This document shows, one piece after another, positions 49,563 to 59,314 of a stretch of DNA of 64,000 bases. Source of the DNA: an uncultured Erythrobacter sp. (GTDB lineage: Bacteria; Pseudomonadota; Alphaproteobacteria; Sphingomonadales; Sphingomonadaceae). The position numbers were made by a program, and so were the translations under genes. Below the pieces are notes generated by a model. That model ran no database searches. It was not told the origin of the DNA and saw only the letters and a program-made list of their open reading frames with translations. Position 1 is the first letter of the stretch. Each line of letters begins with the position of its first letter. The stretch is taken from assembly GCA_947494705.1 (NCBI GenBank), contig CANLVN010000005.1:7835-71834 (forward strand), in the 5' to 3' direction.

Positions 49563-50608
49563 TGATTGATCGCCCCCGGCAGCTTGCCGACTTTCTGCGC
49601 ACCCTCGCGCGTGGTCACCAGCACTTCACCATCGCTCACCACGATGCACACATCTTCGAGCCCGACAGCGGAAATCCTCATCCCGTCACCGATGGCAAGG
49701 ACGTTGCGGCAATCGACGAGATCCGCATCGCCCTGCACGATGTTCGCGTCAGCCTCATCGCCGTCCCCGAGCAGCGCATCGTGCAGCGCAGCCCAGCTGC
49801 CGATATCGGACCATCCCATGTCGGCGGGCACCATTGCTGCACGCGCAGTGTTCTCCATCACCGCGTAATCGATCGACTCCCCCTCGATCCCGGCGAAACT
49901 GTCGGCATCGGGGTGGAAGCTCGCACCCTCCTCGCGCCCCTCGGACACGGCCTTGTGCACGGCAGAGGCCATTGCGGGACGATGGGTGGCCAGTTCATCG
50001 AGCAGCGCCCCTGCGCGAAAGGCGAAGATGCCGCCATTCCAGCTATATTCGCCGCTCGCCAGATAGGCACGCGCGCTTTCGAGGTCGGGTTTCTCGACGA
50101 AATTCGCAATCGCATATCCGCCGGCAAGGGCACCGCCGCGGCGGATGTAGCCATAGCCGGTCTCGGGTCGGTCTGGGCTGATCCCGAAGGAAACCAGGTA
50201 ATCGTCCGCAGCGAGTGCCGCCGCGGCGAGAGCGGCGCTACGAAAGGCGGTCTCATCGGCGATGTGGTGGTCGCTCGGGCAGACCAGCATGATGTCTTCG
50301 GCAGGAAGCAGCGCTGCGGCAAGTGCGATGGCGGGCGCAGTGTTTCTCGCCGCCGGCTCGACGACGAGGCGGTGCTTTGCCCCGTGCATCTGTGCCGTGA
50401 TATGTTCACCGTGTTGCGACCCGGCCACCACGACGGGCGGCGCAAAGCCGGGATGACCGGCGACCCGACCCACCGCCTGTTCGAAAAGTGTCGTCTTCCC
50501 CACCAGCGGCAGGAACGGCTTGGGCTTCGCCTTGCGGCTGACCGGCCACAGCCGAGTGCCGCTACCACCGCACAGGATAACCGGATGGATCGGAGGGATA
50601 TCAGACAT
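49559..50608 (-). CDS. manC: Mannose-1-phosphate guanylyltransferase
   Basis: VILCGGSGTRLWPVSR, EPAARNTAPAI, PSDH, PETGYGYI, FVEKP, WNGGIF, SIDYAVME, WSDIGSW. Confidence 0.93.
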   Translation of the reverse strand: MSDIPPIHPVILCGGSGTRLWPVSRKAKPKPFLPLVGKTTLFEQAVGRVAGHPGFAPPVVVAGSQHGEHITAQMHGAKHRLVVEPAARNTAPAIALAAALLPAEDIMLVCPSDHHIADETAFRSAALAAAALAADDYLVSFGISPDRPETGYGYIRRGGALAGGYAIANFVEKPDLESARAYLASGEYSWNGGIFAFRAGALLDELATHRPAMASAVHKAVSEGREEGASFHPDADSFAGIEGESIDYAVMENTARAAMVPADMGWSDIGSWAALHDALLGDGDEADANIVQGDADLVDCRNVLAIGDGMRISAVGLEDVCIVVSDGEVLVTTREGAQKVGKLPGAINQ

Positions 50609-50688
50609 GCCTTCAATCTCTAGCAGCGAGTCCGTGTAAAACCAGTGAAACTGCCGCGCATGACAGGCGCAATCCGCCCGAAACGGCC

Positions 50689-51417
50689 CTATCTGCGATT
50701 GAAATCGACACGGTAGCCATAGCGCGCCTCAACCGGTTCGCCGCTGCGACCCCGCGCGGGGTTGAAGCGGATACGGTCGATGACCAAGCCGCAGACCAGC
50801 GATGTCGTCTCCTGATCGGCGGTGCTTCGCGCCACCGAGCAATTGCGCGCCCGTCCGTCGCGGGTCACGGTAAACACGACTGTGACAGAGGTGCCGAACC
50901 GTGCCTCGCGCCCGCCGTCTGGTACGGGAAAGTCGCGACGGGGATCGAGCGAACCTGAGCGCACGCTTGGCTTGACCACCGCGCCGTCACCCTGTCCCCC
51001 GCCACGGTTGCCGCTGCCCGTGCCCAGTCCCTCGCCATCGGCTCCGGTGCCCTCGCCCGAATTGCGCGCGCCCGATGTCGGCGCATCGCCGGTGGAGGAG
51101 GCGCGCGGGCGCGGCTGCGGCTGGTTTTCGATCGGAGAACTGGGAGCGGTGACGGGCTGCGGAACGGCCTCTTCGCCCGCCTCCCCACTCGCCCCTTCGT
51201 CCGGCTCGCTCGGATCTTCGACCGGGGGGTCGGGAGGGGTGGTGACGATCACGGTGAAGCCTTCGACCATCGAACGTTCGACCGAGGCGGTGAAATCCGG
51301 CGCGAGAAATCGCGACAATCCATAGAGCGCCACCAAGTGCAGGACGCCAAGCCCCGTGAGCAGCCCCCATCGCGGGCCCTTCGGTTTTCCCTGATAGCGT
51401 GAAACAGGTTTCGTCAT
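50689..51417 (-). CDS. TonB-like protein (N-terminal TM, Pro/Gly/acidic linker, TonB C-terminal domain)
   Basis: TM with His (GLGVLHLVALYGL), low-complexity linker, VTVVFTVTRDGRARNCSVARS...RFNPAR...G.PV. Confidence 0.7.
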   Translation of the reverse strand: MTKPVSRYQGKPKGPRWGLLTGLGVLHLVALYGLSRFLAPDFTASVERSMVEGFTVIVTTPPDPPVEDPSEPDEGASGEAGEEAVPQPVTAPSSPIENQPQPRPRASSTGDAPTSGARNSGEGTGADGEGLGTGSGNRGGGQGDGAVVKPSVRSGSLDPRRDFPVPDGGREARFGTSVTVVFTVTRDGRARNCSVARSTADQETTSLVCGLVIDRIRFNPARGRSGEPVEARYGYRVDFNRR

Positions 51418-51511
51418 CTAAATCATGTCACGGTTTGTTGAAACGTTTCTTCGGGGCATCGGCCCAGGTCAGAATTTGAAGGCGTACACACACACGAGCC
51501 AAGGACAAGAG

Positions 51512-54511
51512 ATGGCGCGCGAAATCGATAGGGTGTTGCAGGACCCGACTGCAACCCATAGCGCGATGATCAGCGCACCCCTTTATGGTGGGCTGCGTGA
51601 TGTCCTCTCCCCTCGCAGCGTGAGCTACGCGGTAGGCGGAGGGATCGGCTACTTCCTTTTGGGGATGTGGTGTCTTGCCCTGTCCCGTTTCGATGCTGCT
51701 CTGGCAAGCATCTGGGTGCCAAATGCCTGCGCAGTCGCCCTGCTGCTGCTTGCCCGGTTGCGCAGCGAGTTGCTCGTCTATGCTGGCCTGGCGATCGGCA
51801 GCGCGGCGGCCAGTATCTCCACCGGCACGCCAGTCGAAATTTCCCTCATCTTCACTGCGGCCAATCTGGTGGGAGTGTTGATAGTGACAAGCCTTTTGCG
51901 CCGGGTCGAAGGGGGCGTGCCCGACATGCTCGACCTGGCTCATCTGAGCAGGCTCCTGTTGTATGGAGGGCTGGCGGGGCCGCTTGTCTCGACTTTCATT
52001 GCCGGGTCCGCACTGTTGCCGAGGCCCGAGTTTGGCTGGCCCTCTCTGAGCCACTGGTTCCTTGCGGAGAGCATGGGCATGATCCTGGTCGTTCCGACGG
52101 CCCTGTTGCTTGCCGATGTCGTTTCCAGACGGCTTTATATCCCGCGCAGGGAATTCGCAGAGAAGACGTCTATCGTCATCGCCGGTTACGCGGCGGTCTA
52201 TCTTGTATTCGCGCAGACCATCTATCCGCTGCTGTTCCTTGTCCCGCCAATCACGCTGCTGGTGGCATTCCGACTGGGAGGCCTTGGGACCGTCCTCTTC
52301 CTTCCCGGTGTGGCCTTGATCGCCAGCTGGATGTCCTTTGCCGGCCTTGGCCCGATCGTGCAGAATCAGACCAGCGAGAGCAGCGGCCTCTACGTGCTGC
52401 AGGCCTTCATCGCTGCCAATTTCCTCTCCGGGCTGCCCATTGCTGCCATCCTCGCCGGGCGTTCGCGCCTGATAGGCGAGCTTGCGGACCGTGGCAGTGA
52501 GCTCGCCCTGCTGACCGAAAGCATCACCGATGCGGTGCTGCGCGTCGACCGGGACGGGATCTGCACTTACGCCTCTCCCTCGGTCAAACAGGTGATGGAA
52601 CGCGAGCCGGAGGACTTTCTCGGCAAACCGCTTTTGTGGCGCACCCACGAAGAATCGAGGGATCAACTCGCCGAGACGCTCGACGCGCTACTCGAAGGGC
52701 GATGCGATCAGGCCCGCGTCACCTATCGTCGATTGCTGGATGGAGCCGATGGCAAACCTGTCTTCATCGAGGCCGATTGCGCGGCAGTTTTCGATTTTCC
52801 CGACGCCCATCGCAACGGGATCGTGGTTTCCGCAAGAGAGATTACCGCGCGCGTCGAACTGGAAAGCGAACTCAAGCTGGCCCGTCGCAAGGCCGAGGAC
52901 GGAGCCAACGCCAAGAGCGAATTTCTCGCCAATATGAGCCACGAGATCCGCACACCGATGAATGGCGTGCTGGGGTTCGCGGAATTGTTGCTTCAGGGGG
53001 ACCTCGACAAGGAAAGTCGCCGCCACGCCGAAATGATCGTGCAATCGGGCCGGTCGATGATGCTGTTGCTGAACGATATCCTCGACCTGTCGAAGATCGA
53101 GGCGGGCCGGATCAGCATCGACAAGGCGGCCATCGACCCGCTCGCCACGATCGGGGAATGTGTCGACCTGCATCGTCCCGCTGCGGAAAAGAAGGGGGTC
53201 TCGATCAATTTCTCTTCGGATTGCGAAAGGCCGTCCTGGCTGCTGACGGACGGATTGCGACTGCGGCAGATCATGCTCAACCTTGTCGGCAATGCGGTGA
53301 AATTCACCCAGACCGGGCGTATCGACGTTCGGTGCCACTATCTCGACGACGCTTTCATCATCGAAGTCGAGGACACCGGGATCGGCATCAGCCCGGCTCG
53401 GCTCGAATCGATCTTCGACCCCTTCACCCAGGGCGAAAGCGATACGGTTCGCCGGTTCGGCGGCACGGGTCTGGGCCTCAGCATCAGCCGCCAGCTCGCC
53501 GAGTGGCTGGGCGGCACATTAGACGCGAAAAGCGAGCCGGGCGTCGGTTCGACGTTCCGCCTGACCCTGCCAGCCGATTATGCGGCCGTTCAGTTGCGCG
53601 ACCTCGAACCGGCTGCGCCGGAAGAGCCCGTGGAACTTCACAGGGGCGCGCGGATCCTGCTCGTCGAGGATCATGACGTAAACCGCATGATGGCCGCGGA
53701 AATGCTGGAAAGGTGCGGGCAGAAAGTCTCGGTTGCGCAGGACGGCCACGAGGCCATCGCGATGGTCATCGACGCGGTGATGCGCGATCGGCCCTTCGAC
53801 CTGGTGCTGATGGATATCCAGATGCCCGGCTGCGACGGCTATTCGGCAACCCGCGCCATCCGTGCCGAGGGGATCACGGCGGAGATGCTTCCGATTATCG
53901 CGCTCACGGCCAACGCCTTTCCCGAGGATATCGCCGCAGCGCATCAGGCACAGATGCAGGGCCATCTGGCTAAACCGCTGGCCTTCGCAGACCTCGTACG
54001 CGCGCTCCAACGCTGGCTGCCGACCCGGATTGTGGACACGCGAGAGCGCGAACCGACCCTGACGAGTGAGAGGGAAAACACCCCGCGCATGGAACACTCG
54101 GAGGCGAAGACCCTTGTCGAGGTCATCGATACGTCTCGCGGCGGTCCGCGAACGCCGCGGATCGCCCGACCCGCTCTGCCCGACCCGAAGCATTCCCCGG
54201 CGCTTCAGGAGCGCTGGAATGCACGGCGCAGCGAGGCGGTCGAGGCAGTGCGCGAGGCGTTGGCAAACGGCACGCTGAACGAAAGCTCGGACAATGCCGA
54301 AGCCCGTGAGCACCTCGCAAGACTGGTGCACAAGCTGGCAGGCACGGCGGCGATTTTCGGCGAACCGGACCTGGGCGACCAGGCAGCCGTGTTAGAGCGT
54401 GCGCTTCGTATCGGCACCCCGGGCGAGGTCCGCGAAACCCTGGCGTTCGAACTGCTCAGCGTTGCCGACGATCCCGCAGATACGCCAACCCAGGCCAATC
54501 GGCGAAACTGA
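51512..54511 (+). CDS. Hybrid sensor histidine kinase MASE1-PAS-HisKA-HATPase-REC-Hpt
   Basis: Multi-TM N-terminus (SIWVPNA, MASE1-like), PAS (YASPS), EFLANMSHEIRTPMNG, LVGNAVKFT, DTGIGI, RFGGTGLGL, LMDIQMP, LVHKLAGTAA. Start at 51512 chosen for its AAGGA RBS. Confidence 0.92.
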   Translation: MAREIDRVLQDPTATHSAMISAPLYGGLRDVLSPRSVSYAVGGGIGYFLLGMWCLALSRFDAALASIWVPNACAVALLLLARLRSELLVYAGLAIGSAAASISTGTPVEISLIFTAANLVGVLIVTSLLRRVEGGVPDMLDLAHLSRLLLYGGLAGPLVSTFIAGSALLPRPEFGWPSLSHWFLAESMGMILVVPTALLLADVVSRRLYIPRREFAEKTSIVIAGYAAVYLVFAQTIYPLLFLVPPITLLVAFRLGGLGTVLFLPGVALIASWMSFAGLGPIVQNQTSESSGLYVLQAFIAANFLSGLPIAAILAGRSRLIGELADRGSELALLTESITDAVLRVDRDGICTYASPSVKQVMEREPEDFLGKPLLWRTHEESRDQLAETLDALLEGRCDQARVTYRRLLDGADGKPVFIEADCAAVFDFPDAHRNGIVVSAREITARVELESELKLARRKAEDGANAKSEFLANMSHEIRTPMNGVLGFAELLLQGDLDKESRRHAEMIVQSGRSMMLLLNDILDLSKIEAGRISIDKAAIDPLATIGECVDLHRPAAEKKGVSINFSSDCERPSWLLTDGLRLRQIMLNLVGNAVKFTQTGRIDVRCHYLDDAFIIEVEDTGIGISPARLESIFDPFTQGESDTVRRFGGTGLGLSISRQLAEWLGGTLDAKSEPGVGSTFRLTLPADYAAVQLRDLEPAAPEEPVELHRGARILLVEDHDVNRMMAAEMLERCGQKVSVAQDGHEAIAMVIDAVMRDRPFDLVLMDIQMPGCDGYSATRAIRAEGITAEMLPIIALTANAFPEDIAAAHQAQMQGHLAKPLAFADLVRALQRWLPTRIVDTREREPTLTSERENTPRMEHSEAKTLVEVIDTSRGGPRTPRIARPALPDPKHSPALQERWNARRSEAVEAVREALANGTLNESSDNAEAREHLARLVHKLAGTAAIFGEPDLGDQAAVLERALRIGTPGEVRETLAFELLSVADDPADTPTQANRRN

Positions 54512-54560
54512 GCCATCGCGCGGTTTGCCTGCGCAATCCTGAAGCGAGCCATCGCCACAT

Positions 54561-54591
54561 AAAGAAACGGCGGAGCCCGAAGGCCCCGCCG
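54561..54591 (-). terminator. Rho-independent terminator downstream of the TonB-dependent receptor
   Basis: Minus strand CGGCGGGGCC-TTCG-GGCTCCGCCG followed by TTTCTTT; lies between convergent genes. Confidence 0.75.
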
Positions 54592-54625
54592 CTCTTTGTC
54601 ATAGGTTTGCAGGATCGGCTGCGAG

Positions 54626-57600
54626 TTAGAACTCGTAGCGAACGCCCAGCTGAAGACGCCACACCGATGCCGAGGTTACGATGTTGTCGCCATCGTCGGG
54701 GTTGTAGCCGGAGATAACGTAACGGCCATCATCGTCGTAACCGCCGTCGACCACGTCCACCAGCGAACCGTCGCCACCACCGAAGGTGTTACCCGGAACC
54801 GAGCGGAACACGTTCCAGTCATCGTCGACGAAGTTCAGGAAGTTGTCGAAGTCGGCGAACAGCGTGATGCGGTCGTCGACACCGAAGAAGCTGCCCGGTC
54901 CCGGGAGTTCCTGCGAGAAGCGCAGGTCCATGTCCCAGTACCAGTCGGCCCGGCAGGTGTTGCGCCCGATCGTAGCGCCCGGAGTGTAGTCACAACCCGA
55001 AGCTTCCACATAGTCGATGAGGCTCTGAACTGCAGCGGGATCCGATCCCGGAGCGAGGTTCGGATCGTTCACGCCGCTCGGAACGTAGAGCAGAGCCGAG
55101 TCGCGACTGCTCGACAGTTCGCTGAACGGCGAGCCATCAAAGGTCAGGCTGTACGGACGACCCGAGCGGCCCACCACGATGACGCCGAACTCGGTCCCGT
55201 AATCGCTGAAGAACTCCTCGCGGAAGTTCGCAGCGAAAGTAAGGATATGCGCCGTCTGGTACTGCGAAGTTGCAGCCTCGGGGTTGAGCAGATCGAATGC
55301 GGCCGACTTGCCGAAGTTCGACGTTGCGGTCGAGCTGCGCGAAGCACGACGGTTTTCGGCGTCGGTGTAGGCATAGCCCATGGTCACGTTGACCGAACCG
55401 GTGTCGGTGAACAGGCCACCTGCAAACCGCTTCGACAGGATCGCCGAGGCGACATGGCTTTCGAAGCTGTCAGCATTGGTGAGCTGGATTTCGTCTTCGC
55501 GGCGCGTGTTGAAGCACGCATCGCTCAGACCGTTCCACACGCCCGGCGACACGAAGGTCGCATCGCAGCCTGCAAGCAGCGGATCGATCGAGGAGTAGAT
55601 CGGACGCCCGTCGACGGTGAAACCGTCATTGCCTGCGCGGTAGTCCACAGCGTAGGTCAGATCGACCCAGTTCAGCGGATTGTAGAACTTGCTGTAGATG
55701 TAATCGAGCTTGAGGTTCCAGTTACCGAAGAAGCCGGTGTCCCCGCCGATCATCGTATCGATGCCGAAGTTCGCACGCAGCACGGTTGGCAGCTCGAGGT
55801 TCGGGTCGGTCGACTGAACCGGGTTCGCCCCGGCTGCCGCCACTGCGCCACCATCTGCGATCGCGCATTGCGGGAAGCCGTTGAAGGTGCCGTCCGTCAC
55901 GACGTCGATCTGACCGTTCACGGTCGGAAGGCTGTCGCAAGCAGCAGCTGCGGTCGAACCCTGTGCCGCCGAGAAGCCGGTGTTCGAAAAGGCATTCGAG
56001 AACCAGACAGTCGGATCGCCGCCACCGAACATGCCAACACCGGCGGTCAGCGTGGTGTTGCTGATGAAGCCGTCGTTGAAGAGTTCGTAGGTAGCCGCTG
56101 CACGAGGCAGTACGACCGGGCCGAAATTGCTGAACGGGGTCCGGGTGCTGAAGCCGTAACGGGCCAGGAAGTCAGGCGTGGAACGCGGTGCGCTGCCCGA
56201 ATACCAGTCCACACGAGCACCGAGCAGCACGCTGAGCTGGTCGCTGACCTGCCAGTCGTCTTGGGCATAGGCGCTCCAGATCGTGCGTTCGAAGGTTGCG
56301 CCGGTTTCGCTGATGTCGCCGCTCGCCGTTGCGGTGATGATACCGCCCACGGTGTCGCCGCCCACAACGTCGTCGGCACCAGCGAAGGTGCTGGCAACGG
56401 TACCGTTAGTCAGAAGGCCTTCACGGAAATCGTCGAAGTTCTGGAAGTACAGCGTACCGGTCGAGTTGATCGCGAAGAGGTTGAAGAACTCGCCGTGATT
56501 GGCTTCGAAACCGAGCGTGAAGGTGTGGTCGTCGGCGAAGATGTTGGCATTCGCCTTGTACTGGTCGATCGTCACTTCGAGCGCGTTCGACGAGCGGAAG
56601 ATGCCGGGACCGGTTGTCAGAAGCCCGTTGCTGCCCGGCCCTTGGACGCCCACCGCGAGGCGCACGGTCGGATTTGCTTCCTGCGCTTCGTTGAAGCCGA
56701 ACGGACCCTGGCGGTCGCTGATATCCGAACGCGCATAGATCAGCTCTGTGGTGAACGAATCGCTCCAGTCCGAATAGAGACGCGCCGAGTAGTAATCTGA
56801 CAGCGTGCCCTGCTCGTTGAAGCTGTTGATGCCGGTGAAGTTGTTCGATCCGGTATCGGGGGTGACGTTCGTTTCGTCGAGACGTTGGTAGGTCAGTTCG
56901 AGGCGCTGACGTTCGGTGATGTAGGCATCGAGGCGGCCGAAGTAACGCACCGACTCATTCGGCGTGACCGACGGATAGCCGCCCGTGTCCTGACCATAGA
57001 CTTCGCTGGCAATCTGCGAGAATTCGTTGAACTGCTCGATGGTCGCGAAGTCGCCTTCCGAAGCGAGGCCACTGCCCTGCGGGCCGAAGCTGACGGCCTG
57101 CGGCAGGTCGGTTTCTTCGTAAGCTGCGAAGAAGAACACGCGATCGGGAATGATCGGGCCGCTCAGGGTAGCACCCCAGCGCTTTTCTTCGAACGGCAGG
57201 GTGGAGGCATTGCGCCCTTCGATCGAGTCGCCGCGCAGGTCTTCGTTGCGGAAGGTGAAGAAGGCGCTGCCATGGAAGTCGTTCGAGCCCGACTTGGTCA
57301 CGACGTTGATCGCGCAGCCGCTGAACTGGCCATATTCGACATCGAACGGCGCGAATTCGACCGAAGTCTCGCGAATGACGTCGAACGGAATGGGAAGGTT
57401 GTTACGCGCTGCGAACGGCGTGTCGGTCAGGCCGAAGCTGTCCGACTGAATGATGCCGTCGACGGTGAAGGCGTTCAGGCGGTCGTTGCCGCCGAGGCAC
57501 GAAACGCGATCGACGCCGCCATCACGCTCGAGCGCGACGCGGGGGTCGATGCGGATGATGTCGCGGATGTCGCGGGTTACCGAAGGAAAGGCTTCGAGCG

Positions 57601-58042
57601 TTTCCTGGCCGAACGAGGTGCCCGGGCCGACTGCCAGCTGGGTCACGTTGGCGCGAGCAGCGCTGACGACGATGACGTTGTCTGCACCCGCCGCGCTGGA
57701 AGTCAGCTGGAAGGACAGGCCGGTGTTGCCCGCAACGGAGATGTTCACGCCTTCGACCGACTGGCCTTCATACCCGTCGGCATTGGCGGTGATCGTGTAG
57801 GGGCCGCCGGTGACCAGCGACTGCACGCGGAAGCTGCCCGAATTGCCGGTGGTCAGCGTGCGGGATTGGCCGGTGCGGGTATCGGTGACCGTGACCATGG
57901 CACCGACAAGCGGGGTGCCGTCTTCTGCGGTCACTTCGCCTTCGATACCCGAAGTGATTTGCTGTGCGACCGCCGGGGTCGCGATGGTGGCGGCAGCGGA
58001 GAGACTGACGACGCTCGCTGCGAGGAGGTATTTGATTTTCAT
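54626..58042 (-). CDS. Oar-like TonB-dependent receptor with N-terminal carboxypeptidase-regulatory-like domain
   Basis: Signal peptide to ...PAVAQ; GIEGEV...GAMVTVTDTRTG; APFDVEYGQFSGCAINVVTKSGSNDFHGS; C-terminal W.LQLGVRYEF. Confidence 0.93.
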   Translation of the reverse strand: MKIKYLLAASVVSLSAAATIATPAVAQQITSGIEGEVTAEDGTPLVGAMVTVTDTRTGQSRTLTTGNSGSFRVQSLVTGGPYTITANADGYEGQSVEGVNISVAGNTGLSFQLTSSAAGADNVIVVSAARANVTQLAVGPGTSFGQETLEAFPSVTRDIRDIIRIDPRVALERDGGVDRVSCLGGNDRLNAFTVDGIIQSDSFGLTDTPFAARNNLPIPFDVIRETSVEFAPFDVEYGQFSGCAINVVTKSGSNDFHGSAFFTFRNEDLRGDSIEGRNASTLPFEEKRWGATLSGPIIPDRVFFFAAYEETDLPQAVSFGPQGSGLASEGDFATIEQFNEFSQIASEVYGQDTGGYPSVTPNESVRYFGRLDAYITERQRLELTYQRLDETNVTPDTGSNNFTGINSFNEQGTLSDYYSARLYSDWSDSFTTELIYARSDISDRQGPFGFNEAQEANPTVRLAVGVQGPGSNGLLTTGPGIFRSSNALEVTIDQYKANANIFADDHTFTLGFEANHGEFFNLFAINSTGTLYFQNFDDFREGLLTNGTVASTFAGADDVVGGDTVGGIITATASGDISETGATFERTIWSAYAQDDWQVSDQLSVLLGARVDWYSGSAPRSTPDFLARYGFSTRTPFSNFGPVVLPRAAATYELFNDGFISNTTLTAGVGMFGGGDPTVWFSNAFSNTGFSAAQGSTAAAACDSLPTVNGQIDVVTDGTFNGFPQCAIADGGAVAAAGANPVQSTDPNLELPTVLRANFGIDTMIGGDTGFFGNWNLKLDYIYSKFYNPLNWVDLTYAVDYRAGNDGFTVDGRPIYSSIDPLLAGCDATFVSPGVWNGLSDACFNTRREDEIQLTNADSFESHVASAILSKRFAGGLFTDTGSVNVTMGYAYTDAENRRASRSSTATSNFGKSAAFDLLNPEAATSQYQTAHILTFAANFREEFFSDYGTEFGVIVVGRSGRPYSLTFDGSPFSELSSSRDSALLYVPSGVNDPNLAPGSDPAAVQSLIDYVEASGCDYTPGATIGRNTCRADWYWDMDLRFSQELPGPGSFFGVDDRITLFADFDNFLNFVDDDWNVFRSVPGNTFGGGDGSLVDVVDGGYDDDGRYVISGYNPDDGDNIVTSASVWRLQLGVRYEF

Positions 58043-58122
58043 TGAGAGGTGTCCTCGGGATTTACTCGGGGTGGAACTGGGCTGCTTCTGCGGCGCCCCT
58101 AGTTGCGTTGCACTGCACAAAA

Positions 58123-58152
58123 TTGACGGTTTTATGACAATTCAGTGACAAT
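58123..58152 (-). promoter_or_regulatory. Pho-box-like triple direct repeat (11-bp period)
   Basis: Minus strand ATTGTCACTGAATTGTCATAAAACCGTCAA: TTGTCAC/TTGTCAT/CCGTCAA at exact 11-nt spacing, about 80 nt upstream of the TBDR start; matches the PhoB consensus CTGTCAT-N4-CTGTCAT. Confidence 0.7.
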
Positions 58153-58322
58153 CGCAGGCGGCGCGCGCCGCCGATGATTTACCCACAGGCTTTCCCACCG
58201 CGTGAGCCGCGCAATTCCGCCATTGCTGCGCGGTGTGTGGCTCGCTTGCAACGCGGCCGGGAAAGTTGATCCGAGGTGTGATTTTACAGCGCGACGGTGT
58301 GAAGCGCGCCCAAATTTGCGAC

Positions 58323-59270
58323 TCAGGCGAGATTGATCTCGCGCAGGCGCTGCATCAGAAAGTCGTGCGAGGAGATCGGCGGCTGCGGCTTCGCATCGCT
58401 TTGCGCGGCGCAGGCTTCGAGTGGCTCGATCATGTAATCGGGCCGGAAATGCAGGAAGAACGGCATCGAATAGCGCGAACGCTTCGCCCCGTCGCCGCGT
58501 GGGTTGACGACCCGGTGCGTTGTCGAGCGCAGCGTCCCAGCCGTCAGCCGTTCAAGCATGTCGCCGACATTGATGACCAGCGCGCCTTCCGGGACGTCGA
58601 TAGCGCGCCATTTGCCCGCCTTGGTGAGCAGCTCCAGCCCGGCTTCCTCTGCGCCGAGCAGCAGCGTAATCGTATTGATGTCGCCATGCGCGGCGGCACG
58701 AATCGCACCTTCGGGCGCGTCGTCCGGCAGAGGCGGATAATGCAGGAGACGCATCACCGAGTTGCCGTCCTCAACCGTTGGCGCAAAGAACTGCTGATCA
58801 AGATCGAGATGAAGCGCAATGGCTTCCAGAACGCGCGCGCCTGCATCCTCGAACGCAGAATAAAGCTCAGAGAAGGTTTCCTCGAAACCGTCGATTTCGG
58901 AGGGCCAGATGTTGGGGGCCATGAACTCCGACAATTCGTGGTCTTCGGGCAGAGAGCGCCCCACGTGCCAGAATTCCTTGAGGTCGAAGATCTCGGCATC
59001 CTTGGCCTTTTCGGTGCCGAACGGGGTGTAACCGCGCGCGCCGCCGCCGCCTTCGATCTTGTAGGAGCGCTTGACCGCATCGGGCAGCGCGAAAAACGCT
59101 TTCGACTTTTCTTCGGCTCGGTCGATCAGGTCCTGCGGAATGCCGTGGTCACGCACCACTGCAAAGCCGTATTCGCCGAAACTGCGCCCCAGTTCGTCAG
59201 CGATGCTGTCGAGCGGTTGAGCGAGAGAGACGGAGGCGATGTCGGTTGCGGTGTCGGTCATGTCGGTCAC
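58323..59270 (-). CDS. Isopenicillin-N-synthase-family 2OG-Fe(II) oxygenase
   Basis: YGFAVVRDHGIP, RGYTPFG, LRLLHYP-like MRLLHYPP, HGDINTITLL (HxD), NVGDML, THRV, RYSMPFF (RxS). Confidence 0.92.
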   Translation of the reverse strand: MTDMTDTATDIASVSLAQPLDSIADELGRSFGEYGFAVVRDHGIPQDLIDRAEEKSKAFFALPDAVKRSYKIEGGGGARGYTPFGTEKAKDAEIFDLKEFWHVGRSLPEDHELSEFMAPNIWPSEIDGFEETFSELYSAFEDAGARVLEAIALHLDLDQQFFAPTVEDGNSVMRLLHYPPLPDDAPEGAIRAAAHGDINTITLLLGAEEAGLELLTKAGKWRAIDVPEGALVINVGDMLERLTAGTLRSTTHRVVNPRGDGAKRSRYSMPFFLHFRPDYMIEPLEACAAQSDAKPQPPISSHDFLMQRLREINLA

Positions 59271-59314
59271 TTAGTATGCGAGCGCACAGTGTTCCAGTGC
59301 GATTGGACCTGCGC

